DNA from: Podarcis gaigeae
Lineage: Eukaryota
Length of the DNA stretch: 64,000 bases
Strand: one strand, 5' to 3'
Assembly (NCBI GenBank): GCA_964106915.2
Contig: OZ066914.1
The notes beneath the pieces were generated by a model, which had not been told where the DNA came from, ran no database searches, and saw only the letters and a program-made list of their open reading frames with translations. Of this stretch, positions 26,241-40,140 are shown in pieces. Both the position numbers and the translations under genes were made by a program. The stretch's first letter is position 1. The number at the start of each line of letters is the position of its first letter.

Positions 26241-27861
26241 CTGTAAAACAAGGAGAAAAAGTAGACATGAGCATCGTCATGGGATACATTTGGAAAACTT
26301 GGGGGGAAGAAAACTTTTATTCATGATGTTAGATATCCCATTGTCTAAATTGACATGGCAGGCTTGCATAAGCGGGCTTGGTCTGTGCTAAGCTGTGCTA
26401 TCTTTAGCTGTTAGTACTCTTTGTTCCAGTTCACAAGTACATGTTTATTGTCACTTAATGAGTATAACACCATTCAGTGACATGCATCTTTGAATATGCA
26501 CCACAGATCAAATACTAAAGATTGAACTTTCAAACATTATCATGAGCACAATACTTCCCAGTGGAATCATACATTCAGCTGTGTGAGTTATGAAGCATTA
26601 AATAATCACGGAAAGAGAAGTCAAGAGAGGTACTTGCATGTGTGTGAATACGGTCAGGATAAAGTGTCACTGGAGACCACATGATTTTTGTGCTGAATTG
26701 TAGCCTAGATTTTTTTTTCTTGTTTGTGCAGTTCAAACAAATAAACACAAACACCCTTGGGATATTAACATCCACAATTCTACCTTTTAAAACATTTTTT
26801 AGTTCTAAAACCACTATGAATCATGCCTGCAAAACTGCAGTAAAGATAAATAACTGCCCTTGGAAACTTGCTGCTTGTACTTTTGATTCAGAATAATTAT
26901 TTTATCCAAACATATTTGGTTAGGGGGGGAAACCCATTTGTTACACTGAATTCTTACTAATTATTATAAGGTTTTCCAAAGCTTAATCTAAATCTCAGCT
27001 GAAGTAGGGAACTATAACCACAAATTAATAAAGACAATATTACATCAAAACTATTTCTGAAGACCAACAAACTAAAAATAATTCCTGTATGAGATGTTTT
27101 CAAACCTACAGGCACATTATAAATTAAGTACTTCAAATATTTCCCCCCAGAATGTTGATATGTAAGCAGTATTTAATAAAGCACAGAACTGTATTAGCAT
27201 TCAATTAAAATAGAGGCTGATCTAATATATGCAATACGTGGACAGCTCAGAACAACTACAAAAAAGAAGACACTCAAATTTCTGGAATGAAACTCTAGTA
27301 CAGTTGTATGACCCAATTTCCCACCTTACCTGGAAATTCCTAAATTGCACCCAAGCACAGTGAGGGTGGGAAATACTGCTGTTTGACTTCAAACAAGCAT
27401 GGCTGCACAGTCACTGCAGCAACGAGAAACAGCTGGGTTGGAATGTGGACAAGCCCAACTTCAGGTGGGTAATTGGCTTCAGCTTGGCTTCCCAGGGGAG
27501 GAGAGGCAAGCCTGGGAGTGGATTAGCCTTTCTCTGGTTGGCCCAGAGTAAAATAGGCCCAGCCCAGTGTGATAAAGACTTCCCCAGTCTCCTTCCCTAG
27601 TTACAGAGGTTGTGCTTTGTTTTTGTTTATCTGGTTCATTTTGCTGTTTTGCCTGCTCCTCAAGATACACTGTGCTATGGTATTAGACAGACACTGGTTA
27701 CTTTTACCTGTGGGCTTTTTGCATTCCTTACAGCAACAGTGCTATATGATATTGATATATATTTTTCTTTCACAATTTCCCTTAGCAGTAGGGGCATTGG
27801 CCAAGATCTATTGTTGAGTAAAGCAAGGGATCAGCTCCCCAGTGGAAGATCTTCTTAAAGG

Positions 27862-27997
27862 AAGTGTTTCTCAAACTTGGGTCTCTAGCTGGTTTTGGAC
27901 TACAGGTCCCATAATCCCCCACCACTGGTCCTGCTAGCTAGGGATGGTAGGAATTGTAGTCCCCAAGCAGCTGGAGACCCAAGTTTGGGAAACACTG
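27862..27997. mobile_element. hAT (Charlie-like) palindromic MITE
   Basis: (A)AGTGTTTCTCAAACTTGGGTCTCTAGCTG ... CAGCTGGAGACCCAAGTTTGGGAAACACTG forms a long TIR. Flanks cttaaagg / ccttaagg match at 6/8. Confidence 0.85.
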
Positions 27998-28318
27998 CCT
28001 TAAGGGACAGTGGGATGTTGCCTTGTGCTGGGTTGCAGCACTCCCAAGCTGCCTGGGACTAGACTATGCTTATGTGGGCCTATATACTTCAGCCCATGAG
28101 CTAGGGGCCCTGGACATTGGAGAGCAAGGGGGCTGCACAATGAATGGATCTTGCACTCTGCCATGGTTGTTGTAACCAAAATAAAAGTTGTGCCATTGTT
28201 CAACCCATCAAAGCCTCTGTCATTTACTGCTCTGACACCCTATTCTGGGCACGCAAACATCAACACAGGAGCTCAAGGTGGCATAGATGCTTCTCTCCCC
28301 ACACCTCCATTTTATTCT

Positions 28319-28420
28319 CACAAACAATCCTGGTTGGTTGAGAAACACTGACTGGTCCAAGGTCACCCAGTGGGCTTCATGCCTCAGTAGGAATTTGAAC
28401 CCAGGTCCAACACTCTAACT
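28319..28420 (-). mobile_element. tRNA-derived squamate SINE (Squam3-like) fragment
   Basis: The reverse complement reads agttagagtgttggacctgggttcaaattcctactgaggcatgaagcccactgggtgaccttggaccagtcag, which has a B-box-like GGTTCAAAT. The family name is from recall. Confidence 0.65.
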
Positions 28421-29593
28421 GGCAGTCCAACAACTAAAGTAAGTAAATTTTTATTTATACCCCACCCTCCCCAGCCAAGACTGGGCTCAGGGCGGCTATC
28501 ATCAAATGTCAAATACATTAACACACAAACAATTGATTAAAATACAGCTTAAAAATTAGAATCAGGATAAAATTAAATGACTGCCCATGAAATTACAACC
28601 ATAGGGGTCGGGAACCTCAAGTATGCATCAGTGCCAGCTATCCATGTATGCAATTATGCTAACGAACTGGAGTTCCAATAACATTCTGTAGCAGGCTTTA
28701 AAGTCACCGTCTTCTTTAAAGTGGTGTGATACCAACATAAAGCCACTGAATTTGAAATTAATTAGGAACGTTTGAGTAAATGTTCATTATAAGAACCCCA
28801 GTCTGTGTGGAAACTGGTTCGTCCCCACATGGTGAGGAGAGCACAGTGTCGAATGAGACAACATGTTGGTGGGACAATCATTTGGGTCAATGGAATGCAA
28901 AATAGCATTCCCATGGGAGGAAGTTAAAGGTTCAATGACAAAGACCAAGTGTACTTGCTTGATCATGCTCACATGATTGCGGCTTTCAAATGAACTCTCA
29001 AGTCATATGGAAAAACATCATGGAAAAACAACTCCAGCTATCATAGAAAAGCAGCCATACTTGCAAGGATGACTGCAGGTATGATTTAACAGGTAATTAG
29101 TACAGTATCTTCAGTACTGTAATATAAACATTAAAGTCAAAGGAAGATTACATGCATATTTTAATATGGTGATTTTTCTAGGTTTAAATATGGAAATAAG
29201 AAACTTACTGTATTTACAATAACATACATTTGCATGTTTATATTTAGTATTTCTAAAAGGCTGCTATTATATTGCCAACAACTTATATTTTAAAAAGTAT
29301 TAGTTGTCAAATGTGCTTTAGAATAAATTATATTTTATATACATGCAGTAAGGTATTCTATATACCATTTAATTAATCTGCATTTATGTTTAGTGAAAAA
29401 TCTTTTAAATATTTATGAGGCTTTTGCTGAAAGTACCACTTGTAAACTAAAAAAAATGCAGATTTTATAGATATCCTAGAATTACACTTCAGGCCTGTGT
29501 GAACAGTTGTTTATTTCAAAGCATTACTCTACAATAGTTAAAGTCTAGGTGCCTCCTTTTCATGATGTCATACTGAATATAGGGTTGCAGTAC

Positions 29594-29671
29594 CCTATGC
29601 ATTGCAGGGGGTTGGACTAGATGAACATTGGGGTCCCTTCCAGATCTACAATTCTAAGATTCTATGATTCT
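29594..29671 (+). mobile_element. CR1 LINE 3' terminus
   Basis: GGGTTGGACTAGATG...GGTCCCTTCC...ATTCTAAGATTCTATGATTCT shows the CR1 stem-loop and ATTCTRTG tail. Confidence 0.85.
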
Positions 29672-30492
29672 GTACTTCACTGATACACACAAAGAAGACA
29701 TCAAAACTTTCTGTTGTATTTGCAAATAATTTCACTAAATACAAAGAGTGTTTATCTAATTAGAGGTTCAGTAGTAAGTGCAAAATGGACAGACAGATGT
29801 GTTATAGAAGTAAGAAGCTATCAGCTGCTGATGCAAAAAGGAATAAAAGAAGTATAACACTTCCCTGCAGTTTTGTTTAATATATGTGTGTGTGTTGATA
29901 TTTTTTATTTTCAGTCAGTTAAACAGAGATTACCAAATCTGTATCTTAAGGCACTTCAACATTTGCAGTAGACACCCACTCTCGATTTCTCAACCCTTTG
30001 ATTTCACTCGATTACAAGCACCTTTAATCTTTACCCAGGCAACTCAAGTGTCCTGATCACATCCTCTGTATCTGTTGCTTAGCCTCTGATCCAATTTCCC
30101 TGTTATTTGATCTCCATTGACTTGTGACATGCAGCTGACGCTTGCTTATTCCATTCCGGTAGCAGACCCATCCGTGTTGTCCAGTCACCCAGCAGTACCA
30201 AGGGTGAAGACAACCAAAGCAGTCTACAGAGACAATCCTGTAAACCCTGGAGTAAATCCCATTGGACACAATGGGGCAAATTACATTTCCCTAATACCAT
30301 ACTAAAAGGAATTAGCAATCCCTCGACAGACAACCTTAGAATAAAAGAATATACAAATTTATTATAGAAAAAGAGAAAGATTGATTGATTGGCAGGCAAG
30401 TCCTTAAATAAAAGATTTGTGATTATGCTCAGCAACCCTCAGAATAATTTCAAGGTTCTTGGAGGGAGATAGATATCAGGTGGTGTCTTGTA

Positions 30493-30850
30493 CAGGGGTG
30501 TTGGACATATTTCAGCCTGAGGGCAGTATTTCTTTCCGGGCAGCAATCCAGGAACCACATGCCAGTGGCCAGAGGAAAAATGGGTGGAATGATTGATGTA
30601 AATGTTATCTTTGTACAGCAAGCTGCTTTCTACACAAGGCCAACATACCCCTCTCTATCCTCTACCCAGGCAAGGAAGGGGCATCATCGGAGTTCGAGGT
30701 CACATTGCAGCCAGGCAACACTAAAAGAAGGGAGCAAAGCAGGACCAGTGAGGGGTGTGGCTGGGGACGGGGTGTGGCCTGGGCAGAGTGCTGTGGGCTA
30801 CAGCTTGGAGGGCTGCATCTGACCTCTGGGTCCGAGGTTCCCCACCCCTG
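30493..30850. mobile_element. hAT-like non-autonomous element
   Basis: CAGGGGTGTTGGAC ... GGTTCCCCACCCCTG terminal inverted repeats. The TSD is not clearly preserved. Confidence 0.6.
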
Positions 30851-33102
30851 CTGTATGGGAATAAAACAGTGATAATCTACATCTTAGAGAAACACAATAA
30901 AGTTTAAATTAACTATAGTTTATATAGTTATGTAAATGCATGGCATTTTTGTTTTTACTATTCTAGGAAGAGGGGGTGGGGGAATGGAATAATCCAGTAC
31001 AAAAAGGATGAAGGATAGGGAAGAGGGTTGAGTTAGGTGGGCAGAGCTGAAATTGTAAATTAGCCACAAACTCTTCTGGCGTATCTGAAACAGCTCCCAA
31101 ACTCAGCAATTTACATTTTCATAAATACTCTGACCCCAGAGGATCCCAAACTAGCACTCCAGTTTTATAAAACTCAGCACAGGTCCAAAACATTCCTGCT
31201 TCAGCAAATGTCATTGATGGAGCTGCAGGAGATGCCAAGGTACCAATTAATCCTGACTAAATGGGATTGCAAATTCTGCCTCTGATCTGAAATCATTATA
31301 CAGAATACAGAATCAAACATAAACACGTGATCACAAAGGAAGCATTATCATCCCCCAATGATTCAAGTTTCCACTATCAATTTTTCCACATAACTGTGAT
31401 GAAAGAATTGCACCTGAAAATCTACATATATAAGTGCTGATGGGATATGATGCTGTTCCATTTTTATACTGATACAAAGAAGAGTAACTTCTTAATGATA
31501 TATTAAATGATGTCTGAATGATATATTTTGAGTCTAACATGAAAGAGACAATGAAACCCTTTGGTGTTGGCTTAGAAAACTAAACTCCTACACCAAGGAC
31601 AAAATACCTACCCACATCTCAAGATTTTATTGGCCCATTCCATTCCTACAACAAAGCAATATTCTATACTTACTCAGCTTTAACTTATAGATATCTGACA
31701 CTGCTAAGATTGCAGTATAAAGAAAATAGAATCCATACTTAATTTGCCCAGAAAATTTTCAAGCAGCAATAAAAATAACTTATTTTTTTACTTGTTCTGT
31801 CTAAGGGAGAACTGTAGCTTTCCTGTTACTAAAACATCTGATGCAGTTAATAAATTGAAATTAGTAGCAGCATGTCAGTTGCCTATGGCAATGTAGAATT
31901 GATAGATAGTAAGAAGAATATCTCCACTCCAGTTCACAGTGCATCTACTAAATAAATTAGTAAGACCATCGATAAAGTTTAAATTCATTTTATGTTGAAG
32001 CACCATTATCAATATAAGATGCAGTCCTTGGCTTGGTAGACTCATTGGGCCAAATAGTCCCATGAATCTCCAAATGTTGGGTTCTAGAGAGAGAACCACG
32101 ACACACAAGCACTCCTTTGGTGAACCTGAGAATTCTCATATAGATATTGGTTTCCAATGCCATGACTCTTCAATGCTGAAATTATATTGTACCCTCATCA
32201 GCACAGAAATAATGTATGAAGTTCTAAGACTTAAAATTGATAACCAGCAGATTTAATGTCATATACCTTGCCAGAGAGAATGCATGGGTCCTAAACTGAA
32301 GCTGGCATTCTTTATTTTGCTATTTCTAATAATTTACATGCTTCCAATAAATTAGATTTGTAGGCAGTGCTCAATAGGATGCTTGCATTTAAATGCCACT
32401 GGAAGCTCTGGTCTGGAAGCTCCTTAGTATTTCCTAATTCCCCATGGAGTACAGTCACAAACATACTGCTCCATGCATGTCTTGTTATTAGGCTTATTCA
32501 CCAGTCTTCAAGCTGCTTGTTTCTGTACCAACTGGAAGCTTTCAGAGAACTCAGAGTTTCTTGTATTGGACAGTAGACATAAAGCAGCATACAGAAGAGT
32601 TCATTGTGTTACATTCACTGAATTGAATTCCACTCAGGATGCTCCCCTTAACAGAAAGAGGGGAGGAAGTTTCACCAATTTCCCCTTTCTCCTGCAACCT
32701 CAGCATCACACTATTTCAGAAGGATCTTCTGGAGAAAACATTCAATAATATAGGGAGCTACAGGGAAAGTGCTCAACAAAAATAGCCCCACCCTTCCATT
32801 CTGCTAATAGGGTTTATCAGACAGATCAAAAGCCTTTCATGGATGAAAGCCCTTCCATTTGTGGAGAACAAAGTCTGGATTCAATCCATTGGGCTCAACT
32901 GTACTGCAGGTAAGGCCTCGTTCATATTTCTATACTGAAAAACATAAAATGTAAGTTATTTTATCTAACTGGGGAGGTGATTAGCTACATTAGCCCATTA
33001 CATACTATATTGTCTCAATCCACCTAGAACAGAATGCATGAACTAAAAGAGTTTTGAGGACCTTTTTTCGAATAGAGAGCTACCATGGTGCAGTGGCTAG
33101 AT

Positions 33103-33588
33103 CAGAACTTTCCAAACTGTGTGTCACAACACGTTAGTGTGTAGGTGTGTTGTGCGAATGCTCCCCATGCTTGTCCCAAGGGTGGAAAAGGATCGATTTA
33201 TCCTCTGGTTTGCTAGTAAAACTGAATTACTGTGTCACGAAATGATGCATGTCTAAAAAGTGTGTCACCAACATGAACAGTTTGGAAAACTCTGGAAATT
33301 AAGAGAACACTGTAAACAACTAAAAACCTTGGCAGTATTTGAGTAATGCTTATAATGTATGAAAAACCATGGAAAAATGGATTACTATTCTTTTAACAAA
33401 TTAGAGAAAATATGATAAGCAGTTGGGGGAAAAGATTGATAATGGTAACCATGGAAGGGCAGAGGGAAGTCAAAGGATTCAGGGAATCCTAAATGAAGAG
33501 GTGAATGATTTGTTTGAATTTGAATTTAAATTTGTTATGTAAAATATATTTTTAAAAAGGGCAAAAGAGAAAAGTTTGGAAAGCTCTG
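33103..33588. mobile_element. hAT-like MITE (~190 bp) carrying a ~275-bp insertion at its right TIR
   Basis: Left TIR is CAGAACTTTCCAAACT. The right TIR AGTTTGGAAA(A/G)CTCTG occurs at 33279-33294 and at 33573-33588. The TSD ggctagat / gcctagag matches only the outer copy. Confidence 0.8.
33295..33570 (+). mobile_element. probable L1-clade LINE 3' end (5'-truncated)
   Basis: A short frame LREHCKQLKTLAVFE* is followed by an AT-rich 3' UTR and an A-rich tail, flanked by a ~16-bp direct duplication. Confidence 0.55.
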
Positions 33589-34388
33589 GCCTAGAGCGTT
33601 CAACTAAATCCAGGGAAACTCTGCTTCAAATATCACTCAGAGCAAATATCACTAAGCTCATGGAGGAAGTCAATGTCTCTCAGTCTGAGCTACCTCACAA
33701 GATTGTTGCGATGATCGTGTCTGTCCTTATGACCTCCACACTTACATAGCATATTGGATATAACACTGCTTGCTTTATATTTAATTTCAATTCCTGAATC
33801 CAGATAATTGGTCAGCTGCCTGGTTTGGAAGTGGTTGTACTCTCCCTGAAGTATTGTTTGTTATGAGAACTATTTCATTTACTAATAAGCAGCATTCAGA
33901 ACTGCAATACAAAGATCACACAAATAATCCTCTTAGAAACTGTTTGAAGTTTCAACATGAGAATGGAATTAGAAGATCAAATTATTAAGGGACCAGTTCA
34001 CTATTAGCCACTAATATATTCATCTCATTGAGTAAAACAAGATGGCATCAGTGCGAATTACCAGCAGATCAGTTGAAGTGTGGCACTTCTGATATTGTTT
34101 GCTATTCAAGAATTCCTTCTTATGAATAGCACCCAGCCAATAGTTACCCAGCCTAGCAAAAAGAATCAATATGCTTTGAATTAGAAAATCAGGGATAAGA
34201 ACATTGAAACAGACAACACCGCAAGAAACAGACTATTTTGCTTTTCTCTGCCATTTTGTCTACTGATTCAATTTGATGGCCTAAAAAGTGCAAACTAGCA
34301 GTTATTTTACCTTCACTTCCAGGAATTTATAAAGTTATGTGGGTTCCTACAGAAGCATTATTGGGTGTCTTAAAGCACAGCACCAGTT

Positions 34389-34421
34389 AAAAGAAAAGAA
34401 AAGAAAAGAAAAGAAAAGAAA
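34389..34421. repeat. (AAAAG)n microsatellite
   Basis: Seen directly. Confidence 0.95.
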
Positions 34422-37154
34422 TAAGAGAGGTGATTCCAAACAGATACAATGAAGTTAAATGACAAGGTCATAACCTCCTAAAGCATCACATTTATTTTAT
34501 TCAATCAACATCAATTACTTGTCATGATTGATGGCAACTATTGCATATCATTGGACGGAATTTATGGATAGTATTAACACTTTTGGCTGTGAAATATTGC
34601 TACCATAACAACGATATGCTGCCAAGCCAAAATAAATATAAGAGAGGGAGATTTCTAGACATCTAATTCATCTAACAAGAAAAAAGGCTGTCAACCAAGA
34701 CTAAACAAAAAAAGCACAACTAGAAAATCTGCTTAGGCTTATGCTGCACTACTTATCATTTTTCACTAAGATTAATTATCTCATGAAAAAAGTCATTATC
34801 TTTGGAGTGTTAATTAATTCACAATCAATTAAACTCAATGCAGCTAACCAAAAGTTCAAATGTGATACACACTGCAGATGAATACTATTTTAGAGAAATC
34901 CAACTATGCTTGCTACTATTTCTACCAGCATTGAGATCCCTAGTCCTGTATTTGAATGCATATTTCAATCATTTCTCTTTTAATACCTAACCATTTGAGA
35001 TGAGTGAATTACTCAAAAAATGTTTCCCATTACCACATTTGAAAGCGTCATATATCACTATCAATGGAAATTCTTTTACTACATTATCTTGTAAAAAAAT
35101 GCCTCTTTTGGAGTCTTTGCAAGAAAAATAAAACCAAACCATAAAATATGGAAATAATTTTAATGTCAAGTGATATAAGAAGCACCGCCCATGACAACAT
35201 TCACAGGTGTTGTTCACAAATTACTTTCTAGCAGAGATGGAGGAAATTTTGTTCAGTCTGCATTTTTCAGTGAAACAACCTGATGGTGGTGATGATGATG
35301 ATGATAAATATTGAGACCATATTTAAGAAGTTCAACTTTTGTTAATCATTCAGTGTAGCACTGATTAAAGTGATTGTAATGAGAAAAGGTTCTAATTCTA
35401 GACCATCACTTCCCTTTCCTCCCTACCACAAAATGTGACGGAGTACAAATTGCAGGGAGAGGAAGAAATCCCCATAGAGTGAAAATAAGGAACAAAAGCA
35501 GCAGCAAAACAACAAGCATTCCCTCTAGAAATTCAATAGATAAAGAAAACAGAGTTGTTTGATTGCAGCAAGAAAATGAAGATACTGTACAAGTGCAAGT
35601 AGTGAGCAAGCATGAGGATGCCAGAGTCACATATGCTAGGAAGGGAAAAGTATAGTAGGGAAGGGGGAAAGTCGAGTGACAACATGCATGAGAAGGGGCA
35701 GAACTTCAAGGGGATGAGTTACAGGGTAGGAGGCAGCAGAAGGAGCTATGTGGATGTGATAACCGAAGCACACACATCACAGGAAAAAGCTGCAGTATCC
35801 CAAGAAAGAAGGCTGCCTGCAACACATGGAGTATCATCCTGTATCTATAGAGAATAAAGTCAGAAATCCAGTAGCAGCCAGCCAGTCCATTTGCACCCAC
35901 CAACCTCCCCGTTACCTCCCTTCCCCTTTCAAGTAAGCTGTAGTGGTAGAATCACCCAGAGCCCACTATGCCATCCACTACTGCATGAAGTGGAACCAGA
36001 AAAGAACTTGCTCTATCCCTCTTCCTTTGATTGACAGTCTTCAAATATCATACACCTGGCAATGAAACATAGTACAGATTATGAGCACAATCATTTCCCA
36101 TTTCCAACAGTGGTGCTCTGTGGAGTGGCAGGACCACATAGAAAGTGGGGTAGCAGGACCATTGGGTTTGATGCCGTCACATGACAGCACTGTGACCAGC
36201 TCAGGAGCTATTGGATTTCAAATTGGCTCTGCCCATCTCTCTACCAGACTTTTAATTGTTCCACTTCAGGGCCCATCTGCTATCACTGGTGGGCATTCTG
36301 CCAACAGCACTCCTGTCCACCCACCCATTTGACAGCTGGAAGGGGGAGTGTTGCACCAGCAGCCCGCAGAGGGCCCGCTTAGGCAGGAGAACTGGGCGGA
36401 AGGACACTCCACCCCAAGCCTGGTTTAATGAGGAGGAAGGTTGGATTGTTCACTAACAGAGGAGTTTGAATAACAATGGTATTTTGAGAGGAACTCCTCC
36501 ACACTATTTTACCATACTTTAACAACCCCAATTGCCTAATGTAAGGAAAAGCTGTTTAAATGATTGCCTAACCTGCATTGCATAATGACAAGTATGAAAA
36601 CGTTGGCATTAAACCATATGGTTGGTTGTAAAATCAGAAGATGTATCATTTATGTTAATCTGAAATAAGTGGGAATATGATTTTGCTAATTACCATCATG
36701 CCAGCTCAAAGAAGGATCAACATCAGGCATATTGCTCATATATTTAGAATAAATTGTAATAGTGCTGGTATCATTAACCAGGACTCTGGTTTATCCATTA
36801 TGAAGATTATTTTCATGACAGTTTACATAATAGTGGAGAGATTAAATTATAAGTTATAAAATATTATTAAGATCATATTTATTGACTAATTCCTGGTAAT
36901 AAGCTCTAAAATGACCCTTCTAGAGATGAACCAGGGTTAATTTCCAATATCTTACTCTCTTTGTGGTTCCAGATTAATTTAAATATAATTACTCAAGCTT
37001 CTTGGGAAATACTAAGGCGCTTCCAGAACAGAGCTTCTTGTCTCACAACCAATAATATGGATTAAATTAAATGTTTCTATACTAAAATTAAATAATAATA
37101 TTAAAATGATATGGATTGTTTTAGTTGTTAAAATGCATGCCTTCTGCAAGTACA

Positions 37155-37765
37155 TCTGGGATACCATGCACAGTTCTGGTCACCTCACCTGAAAAAAGGA
37201 ATTTGTGGAGTTAGAAAATGTTCAGAAAAGGGCAACCAAATTGCTGAAGTGGATGGAGCAACTCCCTTACAATAAAAGATTCCAGCATTTGAGACTTTTT
37301 AGTTTAGAGAAAAGGTGAGTAAGAAGTGACATGATAGAAGTTTAGAAAATTATACATGGTATGAAGAAAGTGGATAGGGAAAAGTTGTGACCCCTCTCCA
37401 TAACCCTAGAATCCTTTAACATTCAATGAAGCTGAATGCTGGAAAATTCAGGACTGACCAAAAAACAACAACCACAACAACAACCTCCTTATGCATGGAA
37501 CTTGCTCCCACAAGAGGCGGTGGTGGCCACCACCTTGGATGGCTTTAAAAGAGGATAAAGTTATCAAAGGCTACACTCTTTCTCCCTGGATGGAGGCAGT
37601 ATACTTCTGAATACCAGTTGCTGGTAAATGGAGGAGGGGAGGATGCTCTTGTGCTCAGGTCCTGCTTGTATGTTTCACACAAACCTCCGGTTGGCTACTG
37701 TAAGAACATGATGCTGCACTAGATGAGCCATTGGCCTAATCCAGCAAGCTCTTCTTACATTTTTA
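37155..37765 (+). mobile_element. CR1 LINE, 3' part of ORF2 plus 3' UTR, degraded
   Basis: Translates to QFWSPHLKK..ELENVQKRATKLLKWMEQLPY..R...LRLFSLEKR*..DMIEV*KI.HG, the canonical CR1 ORF2 C-terminus, with stops and frameshifts. Confidence 0.9.
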
Positions 37766-39756
37766 GGTGTTCTTAACATGCATCTGTTAACAGTTCTTGC
37801 TGAACCTAAGCACTGAAGCTCAGTGTTCTACGTATTAGCCCTGAAAGCAATTGACCACATAAATGTAACTGAATAATATATCAACAGTCAAGAATGGCTT
37901 ATTTGTTGTATTCTGCATTTCATTAGTAAAACAAGAGAAGAAATATGTAGAGAAGATGCTAGGATGGTCTATAAGACATGTGTATTTTGGTACACCCATG
38001 TTTCAAGCCTGAGTCATTTCAATTTAAGACATGATTATTGACCCTTGGGTCATTTTATTGCTCTTATTGTTTTGTGTGTCAACATTAGTCACAAAGGCAC
38101 TGTAGAAAGACGTTATCTTAAATATCCAACTTGGAGAAAGGATGTTGAAAAAGAAGTCAGTGCTAAGCTATGACAGATCTTGCTGCCTGGGAGTAAGCTG
38201 GTCACTGAGTGAAGAAGACTGAAGCCCCATCCCAGAGAGAGTTTGCCAAGTGGCAGAGAGCTGGTGCTCAGCAGCCATTTCTGATATTTTTGAATCAGAG
38301 CTTACCATAATCTAAAGATGTTATTTTAGGCAGCCTTAATTGTTATCTGAGCCAAAAGAACTAAGAACTCTGCATGACCACATAGCCATGCCAAATCTCC
38401 CAATAAGCATGCTGGAGTGTAGGGACCCATTTAATGAAAAAGGACTTACTGGAATATAAGCTAGAATGGTATCTAAGGGCAGTCAAAAAGTATTTCATAT
38501 TCATTTCAGAATGAACAAAGAACTTTGCAGCTGATGGGAAGTTTCTCGGTATGAGTCAATTTGAAATAAGGAAATGTGTGTTATAGTTAATGTCTATGTG
38601 GAGCTATATCCAGTGAATGACACACAATGGGGGTGTGTCCTACACAAAATAAACATGTTTAAAGGAAGGTATCGGGCTTGGCAGATTTATAACCCCTTTT
38701 AACTGAAAGCATATTTTTTAAAGAAAATCAATAGACATTTTAGACATTTTAGAGATAGTACAACTTATAGCCAACAAATCAAACATCCTCCTTTGTCTAA
38801 TATAGCATATTTTCTCTACCTTTGGTGCATATAGTTTAAAACATTTCTTATACTGGCAGATCTGATTTAAAAGGACTTGGCTCTGCATTGCATTTCAAAG
38901 TATTCAGTCCTTTTTTGAAAATCTTCAAAAACATTTTTGGTTTATCTACAGCACAGAAATGGAGCTAACTGTTATTCTCTTGGGATTCCCCTATTCAACA
39001 GTTCCTTTTTCAACAGGTCTCTTTTGTACATTCAGGTATGCAGTGTTTAGAAATGCAGAAATAAAAGTGTATAGCAGCTCCCCCTCCACCCCAGGTTTTG
39101 GGAATAGTCTTTTATACTAGCAAACAGAATAAAACCAGCCATCATTAAGAGGCAATCATGGCCTTCCTATACCTGAAAGAAAGGGGCTAGCTCACCAGGA
39201 CAGGATTACTTATTTTTTTACAAAGAAATTGGGAGGAAGGGAGCCACTGAATCACATTCAAATGCCATGCCTGCAGCAACTTTGTTCAGCAGTGTAACCT
39301 CAGTTGAAGTCTTTAATTTTGCTTCCCCTTTTTCGTTGTGCAGGACATCCCACAAAAGGGTTCGTGATAATTTGATTCTTTCCCACCCACCCAAGAAGAA
39401 ATTAGTACACCAGGAAGCTGCCATAGTTCCTGTTAAATAAAGAATTAACTGTATAGATTTCAGTTACCCAAACTGAGGATGGGGACAAGGTTCTGGGAGA
39501 GATGCAGCCTGCCACTTGTGAGCTTGACCCTTACCCTTCTTGGTTCATAACACTGAGCACATAACATTCTCAAGGCTGAATGTATCCTGCTGTTGTGCCT
39601 GCCTGCTCCTCCCCATTAACATCCCAGTACTCGGCAGTGACTCCACTGCCAGGAGGCTTTGTCCATGGTGTTGCACCTCCCCCAGTGGCTACTCCTGCTG
39701 GAATCAGGTGTGTTGAACCAGCCCTGCCAAGCTTAAAGAATCCCAAAGTAGCAATA

Positions 39757-39982
39757 CAGTGGTACCTCGGGTTAAGTACTTAATTCGTTCTGGAGGTCCG
39801 TTCTTAACCTGAAACTGTTCTTAACCTGAAGCACAACTTTAGCTAATGGGGCCTCCTGCTGCCGCCGCGCCACCAGAGCATGATTACTGTTCTCATCCTG
39901 AAGCAAAGTTCTTAACCTGAAGCACTATTTCTGGGTTAGCGGAGTCTGTAACCTGAAGCGTATGTAACCTGAGGTACCACTG
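39757..39982 (+). mobile_element. MITE family A, copy 4
   Basis: TA|CAGTGGTACCTCGGGTTA ... TAACCTGAGGTACCACTG|TA. Confidence 0.92.
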
Positions 39983-40140
39983 TAATGAAATAAGATGGGT
40001 AACAGTAGTTGAAAAGGTCAGCTCTGTGTAAGCTTTGTGGAGACTTAGAACTTGCAAGGTGGCCTCACAGAGTAGCACCACTTCCAAACAGGAACATGCA
40101 CAAAGAGGCCAGTTATGCTATTTTGTATATGCCCCCAAAA

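Larger units (their letters stand above)
33074..33715 (+). mobile_element. Squam3-like SINE interrupted by a hAT MITE
   Basis: The head agagagctaccatggtgcagtggctaga resumes after 33588 as (c)tagagcgttcaactaaatccagggaaactctgcttcaaat...tctcagtctgagctacctcacaagattgttg. Confidence 0.6.
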
